Of a stretch of 32,000 bases of DNA, positions 9,736-18,529 are shown one piece after another. This stretch comes from Ktedonobacterales bacterium (lineage in GTDB: Bacteria > Chloroflexota > Ktedonobacteria > Ktedonobacterales > JADMIN01). The notes beneath the pieces were generated by a model, which was not told the DNA's origin, ran no database searches, and was given only the letters and a program-made list of their open reading frames with translations. Position 1 is the stretch's first letter, and every line of letters starts with the position of its first letter. Location: positions 4,800,001 to 4,832,000 of the forward strand of contig CP126532.1 in NCBI GenBank assembly GCA_030167145.1, written 5' to 3'. The position numbers and the translations under genes were made by a program.

Positions 9736-9763
9736 ATTGTAGCAAAGCACATCAGAAGAGCAA
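9736..9763 (-). promoter_or_regulatory. sigma70-type promoter candidate for the hemC operon
   Basis: The minus strand reads TTGCTC, then 16 nt, then TACAAT. On the plus strand these are GAGCAA at 9758-9763 and ATTGTA at 9736-9741. The site lies in the AT-richer gap upstream of hemC. Confidence 0.4.
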
Positions 9764-9821
9764 CTATCTTGTGGGAGAGGGCTGAGGTATATTGCTTGCT
9801 CAAGAAATCGGCATGAGGTGC

Positions 9822-10232
9822 TCATGAGGAAGGGGTATCATCTGCCCGTTGGATGCGCGGTGGCGAGAAAAGCGACTTGAAATCACCGGAAAAATTGGCT
9901 AAGAACTCTCGAATGGAGTAGACATCAGCGGAAGTAATAGGAAGGAGGGACACTGCTGGTTGGGGTGGTAGGAGAGGAGAAGGAAGATCAGATGGCAGAC
10001 GCTGGTTCTCTGCGACGGTATGTTCTTCACCGAAGGACACCACGAACAGATGTCGTTGCTGGCATTTCGCGCAGGTCGCCATTACCATCCAGAACAAGCG
10101 CCGCCGTGCGAGCACAAGCACGCTGTCGGGGCCATAGCGCCAGCCACATTGCCCACAGACTCGTTCGGTGAAACTCTCGCGAATAAGGCGCTCACGCGCG
10201 CGCATGCCACACTCTCCTGCCCACATCGCCAC
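9822..10232 (-). CDS. hypothetical zinc-ribbon protein
   Basis: The ORF has two CxxC pairs (CGQCGW ... CAKCQQ) followed by a Pro-rich linker and the tail ITSADVYSIREFLANFSGDFKSLF. The track start is GTG 10232. ATG 10205 has a better RBS (GGAGAG, 6-nt spacer). It lies 45 nt downstream of the nuclease gene on the same strand. Confidence 0.5.
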   Translation of the reverse strand: MAMWAGECGMRARERLIRESFTERVCGQCGWRYGPDSVLVLARRRLFWMVMATCAKCQQRHLFVVSFGEEHTVAENQRLPSDLPSPLLPPQPAVSLLPITSADVYSIREFLANFSGDFKSLFSPPRIQRADDTPSS

Positions 10233-10277
10233 CCAGTCGGCGTCACCCCGCCTGCGCGGGTAGCGCCCAGGCGCGCA

Positions 10278-10811
10278 TCAGTCGGGCTTTCCAAACTCAT
10301 CTAACGCATCAAGACTATTAATGAAGTCGCGATAGACATCCAGTTTATCGTCCTCGTTCGATGTGGAAGAGCCAGCCTTTCGTGCGGCGGGTTCCTCCAA
10401 ATCAGCGGGATTTTGCAGTGTTACGCCGGCCTGGTCAAGTACTTGCTCTGTCACATAGATCGGCACCTTCGCCCGAACCGCAAGCGCGATTGCATCACTT
10501 GGCCGCGAGTCTATCTCGACATGTCGCCCATCGGCATCCAGCACCAGATGGGCATAGAAGATGTCTTCCTCGAGTTTTGTGATGATAACGCTCATGATCT
10601 TGCCACCCAACTCCGTAATGACTGACTTGAGCAGATCGTGGGTCAGTGGGCGCAGCGAAGCAGTGCCTTGAAGCTCCATGGCAATTGCATAGGCTTCGGC
10701 GTTGGCAATCCAGATAAACAGGTAACGCTCACCCTGCGCATCCTTGAGGATCACCACGCGCTGACTTGTGGCGAGGTTCATCCGTACACTCTCGACCGAC
10801 ATCTCCACCAT
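10278..10811 (-). CDS. bifunctional nuclease family protein (DUF151/BFN domain)
   Basis: VVILKDAQGERYLFIWIANAEAYAIAMELQG...RPLTHDLL...IDSRPSDAIALAVRAKVPIYV is the characteristic DUF151 pattern. ATG at 10811 follows GGAGGGAG with a 7-nt spacer; the ORF track starts at 10880. Confidence 0.75.
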   Translation of the reverse strand: MVEMSVESVRMNLATSQRVVILKDAQGERYLFIWIANAEAYAIAMELQGTASLRPLTHDLLKSVITELGGKIMSVIITKLEEDIFYAHLVLDADGRHVEIDSRPSDAIALAVRAKVPIYVTEQVLDQAGVTLQNPADLEEPAARKAGSSTSNEDDKLDVYRDFINSLDALDEFGKPD

Positions 10812-11155
10812 GGATTCGCTCCCTCCTGGATGGCGCCGGACTGGCGGGAGTATGCCAGCCGTAACGGCTGTATTGTACACCCTGCCATAACGCGACGCAA
10901 ATGGGCAGAGACCTCCCAGTACAGCTCATACAGCACGGCGACATGCTACGAACGCACGCTACTCGGTGTTTCGCTCCCTCCTGCGGATTTCTCCGGCAAC
11001 GATCCGCAAGCGGCAGTACACTGGCAGACTTCTTTGACACCGCACTATGCCAGTGCTACACTCCCAGGCGTAACCGCTGAGCCGCCCGAACCGTACATGA
11101 GGCGGCACGAGGAAGCAGCGATGGGGTCATCATTCGGAATGGGAGCGCGCCACGC

Positions 11156-12859
11156 ATGAACACCGATATGCGGCATACGATTCGCAGGTTGACGACGATT
11201 TTCATGCTGGTCTTTCTCATACTCAGTGCCGTTGCGGCCTATGTTCAGGTTGGCAACCTCTCCCCGTTCGGTGGCCCTGTTCTCGCCGGTGGCAACTACG
11301 AAACACTCGCGCGCCAGTGTCCGCCAGTAGACACCCCCCTGCGTGGGCGAATCCTCGACCGCAACGGCAACGTGATCGCCCAGACCGTGCAGGACACTGA
11401 CAAGTCTGGCCACTACACCTGTGGCTACCATCGTGTCTATGCCCAGTGGGTCGTGGATTCGGGCCTTGCACCACTGATCGGCTACTACAGCTATCGGTAC
11501 GGCTCCGCTGGACTCGAATCCACCTACAACAACTGCCTGTTCAACTACACCGGCTGCCCGATTATAGCGCCAGTCAACAGCATCAAGGGCAAACTCCTGC
11601 ACTCACCGCAGTACGGCAATGATGTCTATCTGACGATTGATATGAACACGCAGAAGTATGCTGCTTCGGTCTACGAGTCCTCGGCGATCCATAGCAGTGA
11701 TCCACAATCCTCCTGCCAGCACGTCAATAACCCGCCCGGTAGCATCGTCGTCGAAGACCCCAATACTGGTCAGATCCTGGCGATGGTGAGCAATCCTAGC
11801 TATGATCCAAATAAGATCATCCAGGCAGATTCAACTGATCCCGTCACGCGAAAAGCTGGACAGGACTACTGGAGCCAGATCAACAACGACAAGAACCGCC
11901 CGCTCATCAACCGCCCGACACAGGGCCTCTATAATCCTGGCTCCACTTTCAAGACGCTTTCGCTCATTGCTGGCTTGGATTCCGGCCAATACGCGGATGA
12001 TTCGCCATTCACCTTCGACGAAGCGACCTCCTATACCGTGCCTCAGGGCGAGACGATCAAATGGGAGGACTACTTTAACGGCACATGGAATGGCATCCTC
12101 AATCAGAACTCCTTCCCTTTAACCTTTGCGCAGGGCTACGCCTACAGCGATAACGCCATGTTCGCACGCGCCGCATCGCAGACGGGCAAAGATACCTGGC
12201 TCAACTATGTTCGTAAATTCGGCATTGCAACTCCGGGCACTACCGTTCCCAGCGTGCCATTCGACGGCATCTACGCCCAGAGCAGCGCCTACAACGCCAT
12301 CACCAATGGCAAGCCGACCGACTTCACTGGTGATCTCCTGGCGGAAAGTGGCTTTGGCCAGGGGCAACTGCTCATCTCACCGCTTACCATGGCTGAGGTG
12401 ACCTCAACTGTCGCTGCCAACGGCTATCTCTACCAACCACACGTCGGGTGGAAAATCGTTCCGCATGACCAGAGCGTGAAAAACTATACACCTTTCCAGG
12501 ATAGCGTTGCCTTCAGCGGTGGACAGATTATCCAGCCCGCCACCGCCGAGGCTGTACGCCAGGCGATGTGGGATGTTACCAGCTTCGGCACCGCGTTCTA
12601 TAGCCATCATCCTGGCACGGGAGAGCGGCTGGTGGACACTGGCACCAATATCGGTGGCAAAACCGGGACAGGCCAGGTAGACAACGGCGATCCTAACGCC
12701 TGGTTTCTCTCGCTCGCGCCCGACGATCAGGCACCCGGCGGCGGCGGAGCAAAATATGTTGTCGTCGTGAACAAGGAGCATGGCAATGAAGGCGCCTGCC
12801 AGGTCTTCGTGGCGAATGACATTGACCTCTACCTCACCAAGCATCAGGTACATTCGTGA
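11156..12859 (+). CDS. penicillin-binding protein 2 / FtsI-family D,D-transpeptidase
   Basis: An N-terminal TM helix (LTTIFMLVFLILSAVAAYV) and all three active-site boxes are present: STFK (PGSTFKTLS), SDN (YSDNAMF) and KTG (GGKTGTG). Confidence 0.85.
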   Translation: MNTDMRHTIRRLTTIFMLVFLILSAVAAYVQVGNLSPFGGPVLAGGNYETLARQCPPVDTPLRGRILDRNGNVIAQTVQDTDKSGHYTCGYHRVYAQWVVDSGLAPLIGYYSYRYGSAGLESTYNNCLFNYTGCPIIAPVNSIKGKLLHSPQYGNDVYLTIDMNTQKYAASVYESSAIHSSDPQSSCQHVNNPPGSIVVEDPNTGQILAMVSNPSYDPNKIIQADSTDPVTRKAGQDYWSQINNDKNRPLINRPTQGLYNPGSTFKTLSLIAGLDSGQYADDSPFTFDEATSYTVPQGETIKWEDYFNGTWNGILNQNSFPLTFAQGYAYSDNAMFARAASQTGKDTWLNYVRKFGIATPGTTVPSVPFDGIYAQSSAYNAITNGKPTDFTGDLLAESGFGQGQLLISPLTMAEVTSTVAANGYLYQPHVGWKIVPHDQSVKNYTPFQDSVAFSGGQIIQPATAEAVRQAMWDVTSFGTAFYSHHPGTGERLVDTGTNIGGKTGTGQVDNGDPNAWFLSLAPDDQAPGGGGAKYVVVVNKEHGNEGACQVFVANDIDLYLTKHQVHS

Positions 12860-12890
12860 GGCGCATTGTGGTGGCGCCGCTGTTTTCCGC
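12860..12890 (+). terminator. weak intrinsic terminator candidate after the PBP gene
   Basis: GGCGC (12860-12864) pairs with GCGCC (12874-12878) and is followed by GCTGTTTTCC. The stem is short, so this is tentative. Confidence 0.3.
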
Positions 12891-13112
12891 TAGCGCGTGC
12901 GCCATCGCTGCCGCGCATGCAGCTGATGGCACGCAATACTTGGCACGCAAAACGAGGTATGTGACAGACCGCTCCCATGGCACGTTTCAACATCCATGCC
13001 CGGTTGATGATGGGACCTTTGGGGAAGGTCATCACTAGGGAGCATGATATACTGCCGCAGGGAATATCCCTGGTATGGTAGGGCGCAGGGTGCGCGGGGC
13101 GCGCAGGGGGGA

Positions 13113-15521
13113 ATGGCTATGGCGGGGCTGCGAGGGCGAATATTTGGCGGCTATCGGCTCGCCGACCAGCTCAGCAGCGGCGGTGTCGCCGAGGTATATC
13201 GCGCGCAGCCAGTCGCATCTGGCGGGCGCGAGGCGGTTGTCAAGGTCATCTACCCCGAATTCGCGCGCCAGCCTGGCTTTCTTCCCAACTTTCGCAACAT
13301 CGTCGAGATGTCCAGCCGCCTCGCGAATCATCCCCACATCCTGCCGGTGCTCGAAAGCGGTGAGGCAAGCGGCTATCTCTATCTCACCACACCTTTTGTC
13401 TCCGCTGGCACATTGAAGGAATGGATCGCTAAAGGTGGCCGCGTGGGGCAGAGTGACGCGCTACCGCTCTTCCGCCAACTTTGCGACGCCCTGGGCTATG
13501 CGCACAGCCTGGGTATCGCACACGGCAATGTCAAGCCAAGCAATATCTTTCTCTATGATGGCCGCCACGTTCTGCTCGGCGACTTCGGCATGCTCTGGGA
13601 CATCCGCCAGATGGACATGAACCACGCTGGTTCAGGAACGGAAGCTGTCGAGTTCCTTGCGCCTGAGGTGGCCAGCGGACAGATTACGCAACTCAGCGAT
13701 GTCTATGGCGTCGGAGCAGTGCTGTTTACAGCCATTACCGGCCACGCGCCCTTCCGTGGCGCGACCCCCGGCGAGATGTTCGCCGCGCACGCTCGCCAAC
13801 CAGTGCCCCATCTCATGCAGATTACGCCTAACCTACCCACTACGATTCTCGCGCTCGATAGCGTGACGCAGCGCGCGATGGCAAAACGCCCTGAGGACCG
13901 CTTTCCTGCCGCTACCGCACTCGCCCAGGCGATGGAAGCCAGCATGCGCCAGGCTGCCGCGCAGCCACCACAGCAGCACCCCGCGATGCAGCCAGGTATG
14001 CAGCCGCCACTTTTCGGTATGCCTGCGCCTGCCAGCGCCGCGCCAGGGGGTTTTGGCATGCCGTCTGCCGTTCCCTCACTGGGCCAGGCGTTAGGAATCC
14101 CCGCGCTTGCTGGTGCGGTGGCTCCGCCATTCAAGCCATTGGATCCGCCATTCCCGCCGTTGCCGCCAACGGCACATGTGGAGTCTGGTATGGAGCATGG
14201 GCGCATCAATTTCAACGCCCCGCCAGTGCTCTCCGCCCCGGCGACCTTCGAGCCACTACAGCAGCCCACCCTGCGTGTTCCCGCGCCACGCCCACCCGCC
14301 ATTGAACCGCCGCCAGACCCGACGATGCGTGTTCCCGCACCACAAGCCGCTCCGCCTCCGGATCCTACCATGCGTGTTCCCGCCCCGCGCCTCCCTGCTC
14401 CGCCCGCTCAGTTTGGCGACGACGCCGTTTTGGGGCCGCAACGCATCCCAGCCCTCAGGCTCGATGGGCCAGGGGCGCCAATGCAGCCATCTCCGCTTAA
14501 CGGCGATCACTATTCCGCGGACGGGGGCAATTTTGTCCCGAACGCCTGGGATGTGATGCCCCCCGCGATGGACAATGTCGTTGGTGTGCAGCGTGCCGGC
14601 CAACGACACGACCTGGACGAAGCACGCTGGCGTGATGAAACGGGCTATGACGATGCCGCCGATTCTCGCACCTATGATGTCGCGCAGAATCGTCACGACG
14701 GCGCTGGTTGGGACGATTCTCGTGAGCTACCTGGCTGGACCAATGACCAGATGCCTGCCATGAGCGACAGCATGGAGCTTGAACGTCCCTTCTCGGCAAC
14801 TGAGCTGGGTCTACCGCGTCTCACTAGTCCCTCGCTCTCTGATATGCCGCCATCATGGCAAGATCTCGTCGGCGGTGGAAACTCGAACTCCCAATATCCT
14901 GGCGGGTGGGATAACGGCGATAGCGCCCAATGGTCCGTGCAGGGGCTGTCGGTTCATTTGCCGCGTGAAGAGCGCTATGTGAGAAACGAGCAGCGTAAGT
15001 CCAGCGGCAAGAAGGCCAAGAGCGCTGCCAGGGCTACCCCACGCCCGCGCCGCTCGCGTGGGCGGATGATTGCAAGCCTGGCACTGACTGTGTTCGTGGT
15101 GCTCCTTGGCCTCACGTCGTTTGCCGTGCTGCGTCCTGATCTCTGCCCTATGCCACAATGCCAGACCGTCAGCGACACAGCCCATGACTATCTTCCATTT
15201 CTGCCAGCGTCAAGCCCTACACCTATCTCGACCACAATGTCCGTACCGGCCAGCACAGTCGCCGCTGGAGCGAAAACGACGCAGACCATCACCCTCCATA
15301 ACACCAGCGCGAACGAGATTACCTGGAGCAGTGATGTCAATGCTCAATGGCTGAGCCTTTCTCCTGCTAGCGGCTCAATATCGCCAGATGGCGCGCAAGT
15401 CATCACCTTCACGATGGACGCCACCACACTGAAAGCAGGCGACTACAAAGCCGCTGTCACTATCACCACCAACACGCAAGTGCTTCGCATTCCAGTGGCG
15501 CTCACCGTCACCGCGCACTAG
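13113..15521 (+). CDS. membrane-anchored Ser/Thr protein kinase-like protein (HRD motif replaced by HGN: probable pseudokinase) with Pro-rich linker, one TM helix and C-terminal Ig-like extracellular domain
   Basis: Kinase-fold landmarks are SSGGVAEVY (P-loop-like), AVVKVI (VAIK Lys), DFG (LGDFGM) and APE (FLAPEV). The catalytic loop reads IAHGNVKPSN (13521-13529 encode H-G-N). The TM helix is MIASLALTVFVVLLGLTSFAVL. The C-terminal 100 aa or so is a beta-rich domain (TITLHNTSANEITW...VALTVTA). ATG 13113 and 13119 both lie next to a G-rich RBS; the ORF track starts at 13044. Confidence 0.8.
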   Translation: MAMAGLRGRIFGGYRLADQLSSGGVAEVYRAQPVASGGREAVVKVIYPEFARQPGFLPNFRNIVEMSSRLANHPHILPVLESGEASGYLYLTTPFVSAGTLKEWIAKGGRVGQSDALPLFRQLCDALGYAHSLGIAHGNVKPSNIFLYDGRHVLLGDFGMLWDIRQMDMNHAGSGTEAVEFLAPEVASGQITQLSDVYGVGAVLFTAITGHAPFRGATPGEMFAAHARQPVPHLMQITPNLPTTILALDSVTQRAMAKRPEDRFPAATALAQAMEASMRQAAAQPPQQHPAMQPGMQPPLFGMPAPASAAPGGFGMPSAVPSLGQALGIPALAGAVAPPFKPLDPPFPPLPPTAHVESGMEHGRINFNAPPVLSAPATFEPLQQPTLRVPAPRPPAIEPPPDPTMRVPAPQAAPPPDPTMRVPAPRLPAPPAQFGDDAVLGPQRIPALRLDGPGAPMQPSPLNGDHYSADGGNFVPNAWDVMPPAMDNVVGVQRAGQRHDLDEARWRDETGYDDAADSRTYDVAQNRHDGAGWDDSRELPGWTNDQMPAMSDSMELERPFSATELGLPRLTSPSLSDMPPSWQDLVGGGNSNSQYPGGWDNGDSAQWSVQGLSVHLPREERYVRNEQRKSSGKKAKSAARATPRPRRSRGRMIASLALTVFVVLLGLTSFAVLRPDLCPMPQCQTVSDTAHDYLPFLPASSPTPISTTMSVPASTVAAGAKTTQTITLHNTSANEITWSSDVNAQWLSLSPASGSISPDGAQVITFTMDATTLKAGDYKAAVTITTNTQVLRIPVALTVTAH
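14265..14387 (+). repeat. three tandem copies of a coding repeat (P-D/T-P-T-M/L-R-V-P-A-P) inside the kinase linker
   Basis: The core (A/C)TGCGTGTTCCCGC recurs at 14271, 14325 and 14370. The protein reads QPTLRVPAP...PDPTMRVPAP...PDPTMRVPAP. Confidence 0.7.
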
Positions 15522-15687
15522 TGAACATCGTCCGCTCCAGTGAGGGTCATCCTGCCAGACCCCCCCGCACATAGGCCGAGCGCATACAATCCTATGCCCG
15601 AGTGCACGCGCCTGTCCGTGCGCACACATTGGAATGCGACAATTGTCACTGTCACCTTTGCTCGCGTAGGCATACCATACGCATGGT

Positions 15688-17169
15688 ATGGTTCGCGAAA
15701 ATGGAGAGTTGTCGGCAGAAGAATCAGATATGGCACACGTGAGCGAACATATAGAAAGATCACAGCGTACAGCAGCTAAATCATCTGGCGTGCGCCAAGC
15801 GCCGTTCCACCTGGTCGCGCCAGTCGTGGCATCGGCACTGGTCGTCGGTGCGGCTGGTGGTTTCGCGCTTGCGGCGACACTGACGATCACTTCCGCGCTC
15901 GGCGCATCTGGCACAGCGGAATGGCTCGCGCTAGTTCAGGCGCATGGTCATCTGCAACTCTACGGCTGGGCTGGGCTGTTTGTCCTCGGCGTCGCGTCTC
16001 ACTTCCTGCCGCGCCTGCGCGGCCGGCCGCTTGCCGGCCAGCGTTTCGTTCTGCCACTCCTGTTAGCGCAACTCACCGCGCTCACCCTTCGCGCCTTCGG
16101 CCAGCCGCTCGCCACCGCGTCCGACGCGGGCATCTGGCGCGTCCTCTTTGCGGCCAGCGGCATCGTCGAGCTGGCCGCGCTCGGCGGTCTGGCGACGATT
16201 ATCGCCGTCACATTCGCACGTGGCCCGGCGCTACGCACACGGCCCGCGTTTCTGGCGGTGCTGCCGCTGCTGGCATTGGCGTTCCTCTCACTTACCCTCG
16301 CTGCGCTGCTCAACCTCGCCAATGTCATCGCCGCGAGCCGCACGCCCGCCGTGCTGGTCGCCCCGCCCGGCGACAGCACGAATGTCACGCTCGGCCTCTT
16401 TGGCTTTCTGCTGCCGATGGCCCTTGCCATGTCCGCGCAATCGCTGCCGATGTACGCCGGACTCGCGCCATTTCCGCGTATGCTCCTCTGGCCGCTGGCG
16501 GGCGTCTATGCGCTTGGCCTTGCCCTGCTCTGTGGAACGTCACTCATGGGCTGGCCTATCCTGCTCGCCGGATTTGGCATGCTGCTGGTCGGCGGTGCGC
16601 TGCTCTTCTTCGTCGCCATTTTCATCAAGATGATGCGCCAGCGGGGGCGCCTGCCGCACAAGGTTGCGGACCTCGCGCCATCAGCCGAAACCGCCGCGCG
16701 CAACTACCGCTCGCATGTTATTACTCAGCGCGCGACCTACGGCCCCTTCGTTGCGCTGGTCGCTTCCGCCTATATCTGGGCTTGTGTGGGCGGCATACTG
16801 TTCGTGATAGACGGCATGGCCACGCTGTTCGGCGCGGGATTGCCGCTCTCATACGATGCCGCGCGCCACAGCTTCGCCGCTGGCTTCATTGCGCTGCTCA
16901 TCTGCGGCATTGCCCCGCGAATGCTCCCCGGCTTCTCTGGCGGCCACATCCGCTCGCCCCGGCTTGTCACCGCCACGCTCTGGCTCGGCAATTGCGCGGC
17001 ATTGTTGCGCGTCGGCTCCGCACTCGCGGCCCCATATGCCACGTCCGGCTTCGCTCATGCGCTCACCGAGGCGGCGTTCGCACTCTCCGGACCGCTTGGT
17101 CTGGCGCTCGCGCTTGTCTTGCTGCTCAACCTCTGGCCCGCGATCTTTCCCGCCGCCCATGACAAGTGA
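15688..17169 (+). CDS. polytopic membrane protein, tentatively NnrS-like
   Basis: About 12 hydrophobic helices. Two His-containing motifs recall the NnrS pseudo-repeat: VQAHGHLQLYGWAGLFVLG in the first half and ARHSFAAGFIALLICG in the second. The family assignment is from memory and weak. The start is ambiguous (ATG 15688 or 15730). Confidence 0.5.
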   Translation: MVRENGELSAEESDMAHVSEHIERSQRTAAKSSGVRQAPFHLVAPVVASALVVGAAGGFALAATLTITSALGASGTAEWLALVQAHGHLQLYGWAGLFVLGVASHFLPRLRGRPLAGQRFVLPLLLAQLTALTLRAFGQPLATASDAGIWRVLFAASGIVELAALGGLATIIAVTFARGPALRTRPAFLAVLPLLALAFLSLTLAALLNLANVIAASRTPAVLVAPPGDSTNVTLGLFGFLLPMALAMSAQSLPMYAGLAPFPRMLLWPLAGVYALGLALLCGTSLMGWPILLAGFGMLLVGGALLFFVAIFIKMMRQRGRLPHKVADLAPSAETAARNYRSHVITQRATYGPFVALVASAYIWACVGGILFVIDGMATLFGAGLPLSYDAARHSFAAGFIALLICGIAPRMLPGFSGGHIRSPRLVTATLWLGNCAALLRVGSALAAPYATSGFAHALTEAAFALSGPLGLALALVLLLNLWPAIFPAAHDK

Positions 17170-17370
17170 ATCACCTCACCGTAGCGCCACCCACCTGCCC
17201 CCCCGCCAGGCTGTCTGGCTAATGCGTGCAAGGTTGCAGATAACCGCACTTGTAATGGAACCACCTTCCTATATCGGGCGTCTGAGCGAGTGTGACGTTA
17301 TGCTTTGTCATAACAGCGGTGGGCTGGCGTCGGGATCATCAGGCACACAGAGAAGGTAAAGAGGCATACT

Positions 17371-18240
17371 ATGGCAGGCAAACATCATATTCTTGGCAAG
17401 CATCCGCGCGTGCGGCGCGCACTGGCGGTGGCTCCTTTCTGCGTGCTCATGTTCGCTATCGTGGGCGTAGTCATCCTGCGCGGGGTTCCGGGGGCAGATG
17501 CCAGTGGCACGGCGCTCACCGCTGGTGGGCCATCGGCGCGTGTTGAGGCGGGTGGATTGGTCATGACGCTGCATTTCTCCCCAGGCCCCTACTTCCTGAG
17601 CGAACTGGTCGCCGCCGAGATGACTCTTACCAACAACACGCATTCAACCTATGTCTTCCAGGGTGTGCCTCACGCGAACGATTGTGACCAGGCGATTGGG
17701 ACACTTCTTAGTGGTGGCAAAGCGCCAAACTATACCGTGCCAACCCAGCGATACATCTCTTGTCCATTCATGTCGAGCACCTTGAATCCAGGGCAAACCT
17801 GGACCATCACCCAATTAATGCCCCTCACTGCTAGCGGGAGTATTACCCTGACGGCTCAGGTCGGTTTCATTGTCAGCGCGACCGCCGCCGATGGAAGCCA
17901 CTATCAGACAGCCAGCGAAGGCCCCTTCGCGAATCATTGGCCAACGCTCCACCTCTCCGTCTCGCCCCAAATCCCCGCTGGCTACACCATCGCCCTACAT
18001 CAGCAACCGGATCATAGAGTGCGCATTATCGCGCCATCGGCGGCGCGACTGTACTGGCTCTACGACGTGAGGTGCAATGCCAACCCAGGATTCGCGGAGC
18101 AGCCCAGCCCGACATGGCTGCCGATCACAGATGTCACACTGAGTGAGCCTGCATGCCCAGGCGACCACGAGGTATGGGCATATTCTGTGGGCGCGCCGGG
18201 CTACGCTATTTCCTCTGGAACGTATGCATCGAACGCATGA
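17371..18240 (+). CDS. hypothetical secreted or membrane-anchored protein
   Basis: ATG follows AAAGAGG with a 6-nt spacer. The N-terminus has basic residues, then the hydrophobic segment ALAVAPFCVLMFAIVGVVIL. The remainder is beta-rich with four Cys. No family recognised. Confidence 0.55.
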   Translation: MAGKHHILGKHPRVRRALAVAPFCVLMFAIVGVVILRGVPGADASGTALTAGGPSARVEAGGLVMTLHFSPGPYFLSELVAAEMTLTNNTHSTYVFQGVPHANDCDQAIGTLLSGGKAPNYTVPTQRYISCPFMSSTLNPGQTWTITQLMPLTASGSITLTAQVGFIVSATAADGSHYQTASEGPFANHWPTLHLSVSPQIPAGYTIALHQQPDHRVRIIAPSAARLYWLYDVRCNANPGFAEQPSPTWLPITDVTLSEPACPGDHEVWAYSVGAPGYAISSGTYASNA

Positions 18241-18403
18241 TATGGCGAGCGTGGCCGATCATCCAGCGCACCTATTGGGCAGCGGAATCCTGGCGTACAC
18301 TGGCAAATGCGAATCGCGTCAAGCGCACACCAACACCTTGCGGTCACGCACGAGCATATGCTATACTGCCCCACGTGGGGAACGAGCGACTATGCGGGAC
18401 CGC

Positions 18404-18430
18404 TTGACATGGCCCACACGACGATACCAT
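18404..18430 (+). promoter_or_regulatory. candidate promoter for tRNA-Pro
   Basis: Exact TTGACA at 18404-18409 and TACCAT at 18425-18430, 22 nt upstream of the tRNA. The 15-nt spacing is suboptimal. Confidence 0.3.
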
Positions 18431-18452
18431 TTCGCTCAACGATGTTGTCTCT

Positions 18453-18529
18453 CGGGGTGTAGCGCAGTTGGTTAGCGCGCAGCGTTCGGGACGCTGAGGT
18501 CGGAGGTTCGAGTCCTCTCACCCCGACCA
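18453..18529 (+). tRNA. tRNA-Pro (anticodon CGG), CCA encoded
   Basis: Manual cloverleaf:
- acceptor CGGGGTG/CACCCCG
- D arm GCGC-AGTTGGTTA-GCGC
- anticodon arm CAGCG-TTCGGGA-CGCTG
- variable loop AGGTC
- T arm GGAGG-TTCGAGT-CCTCT
- discriminator A, then CCA
Total 77 nt. Confidence 0.9.

Noticed and set aside
11097-11159. 20-codon upstream ORF (MRRHEEAAMGSSFGMGARHA) whose TGA overlaps the PBP ATG in an ATGA arrangement
   Set aside because: There is no RBS before its ATG. It lies in the same frame as a long spurious ORF, and such overlaps arise easily by chance. Not supportable without ribosome-profiling data.
13703-14371. 222-codon antisense ORF in the kinase linker region
   Set aside because: The Gly-rich product is simply the complement of the Pro-rich (CCN) linker codons. 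It has no independent start or RBS signal.
15921-17162. 413-codon alternative-frame ORF inside the NnrS-like gene
   Set aside because: The product is extremely Arg/Ala/Pro-rich (RRRVSLPAAPARPAACRPAFRSATP...). The other frame gives regular transmembrane helices, so this is a frame artefact of high GC.
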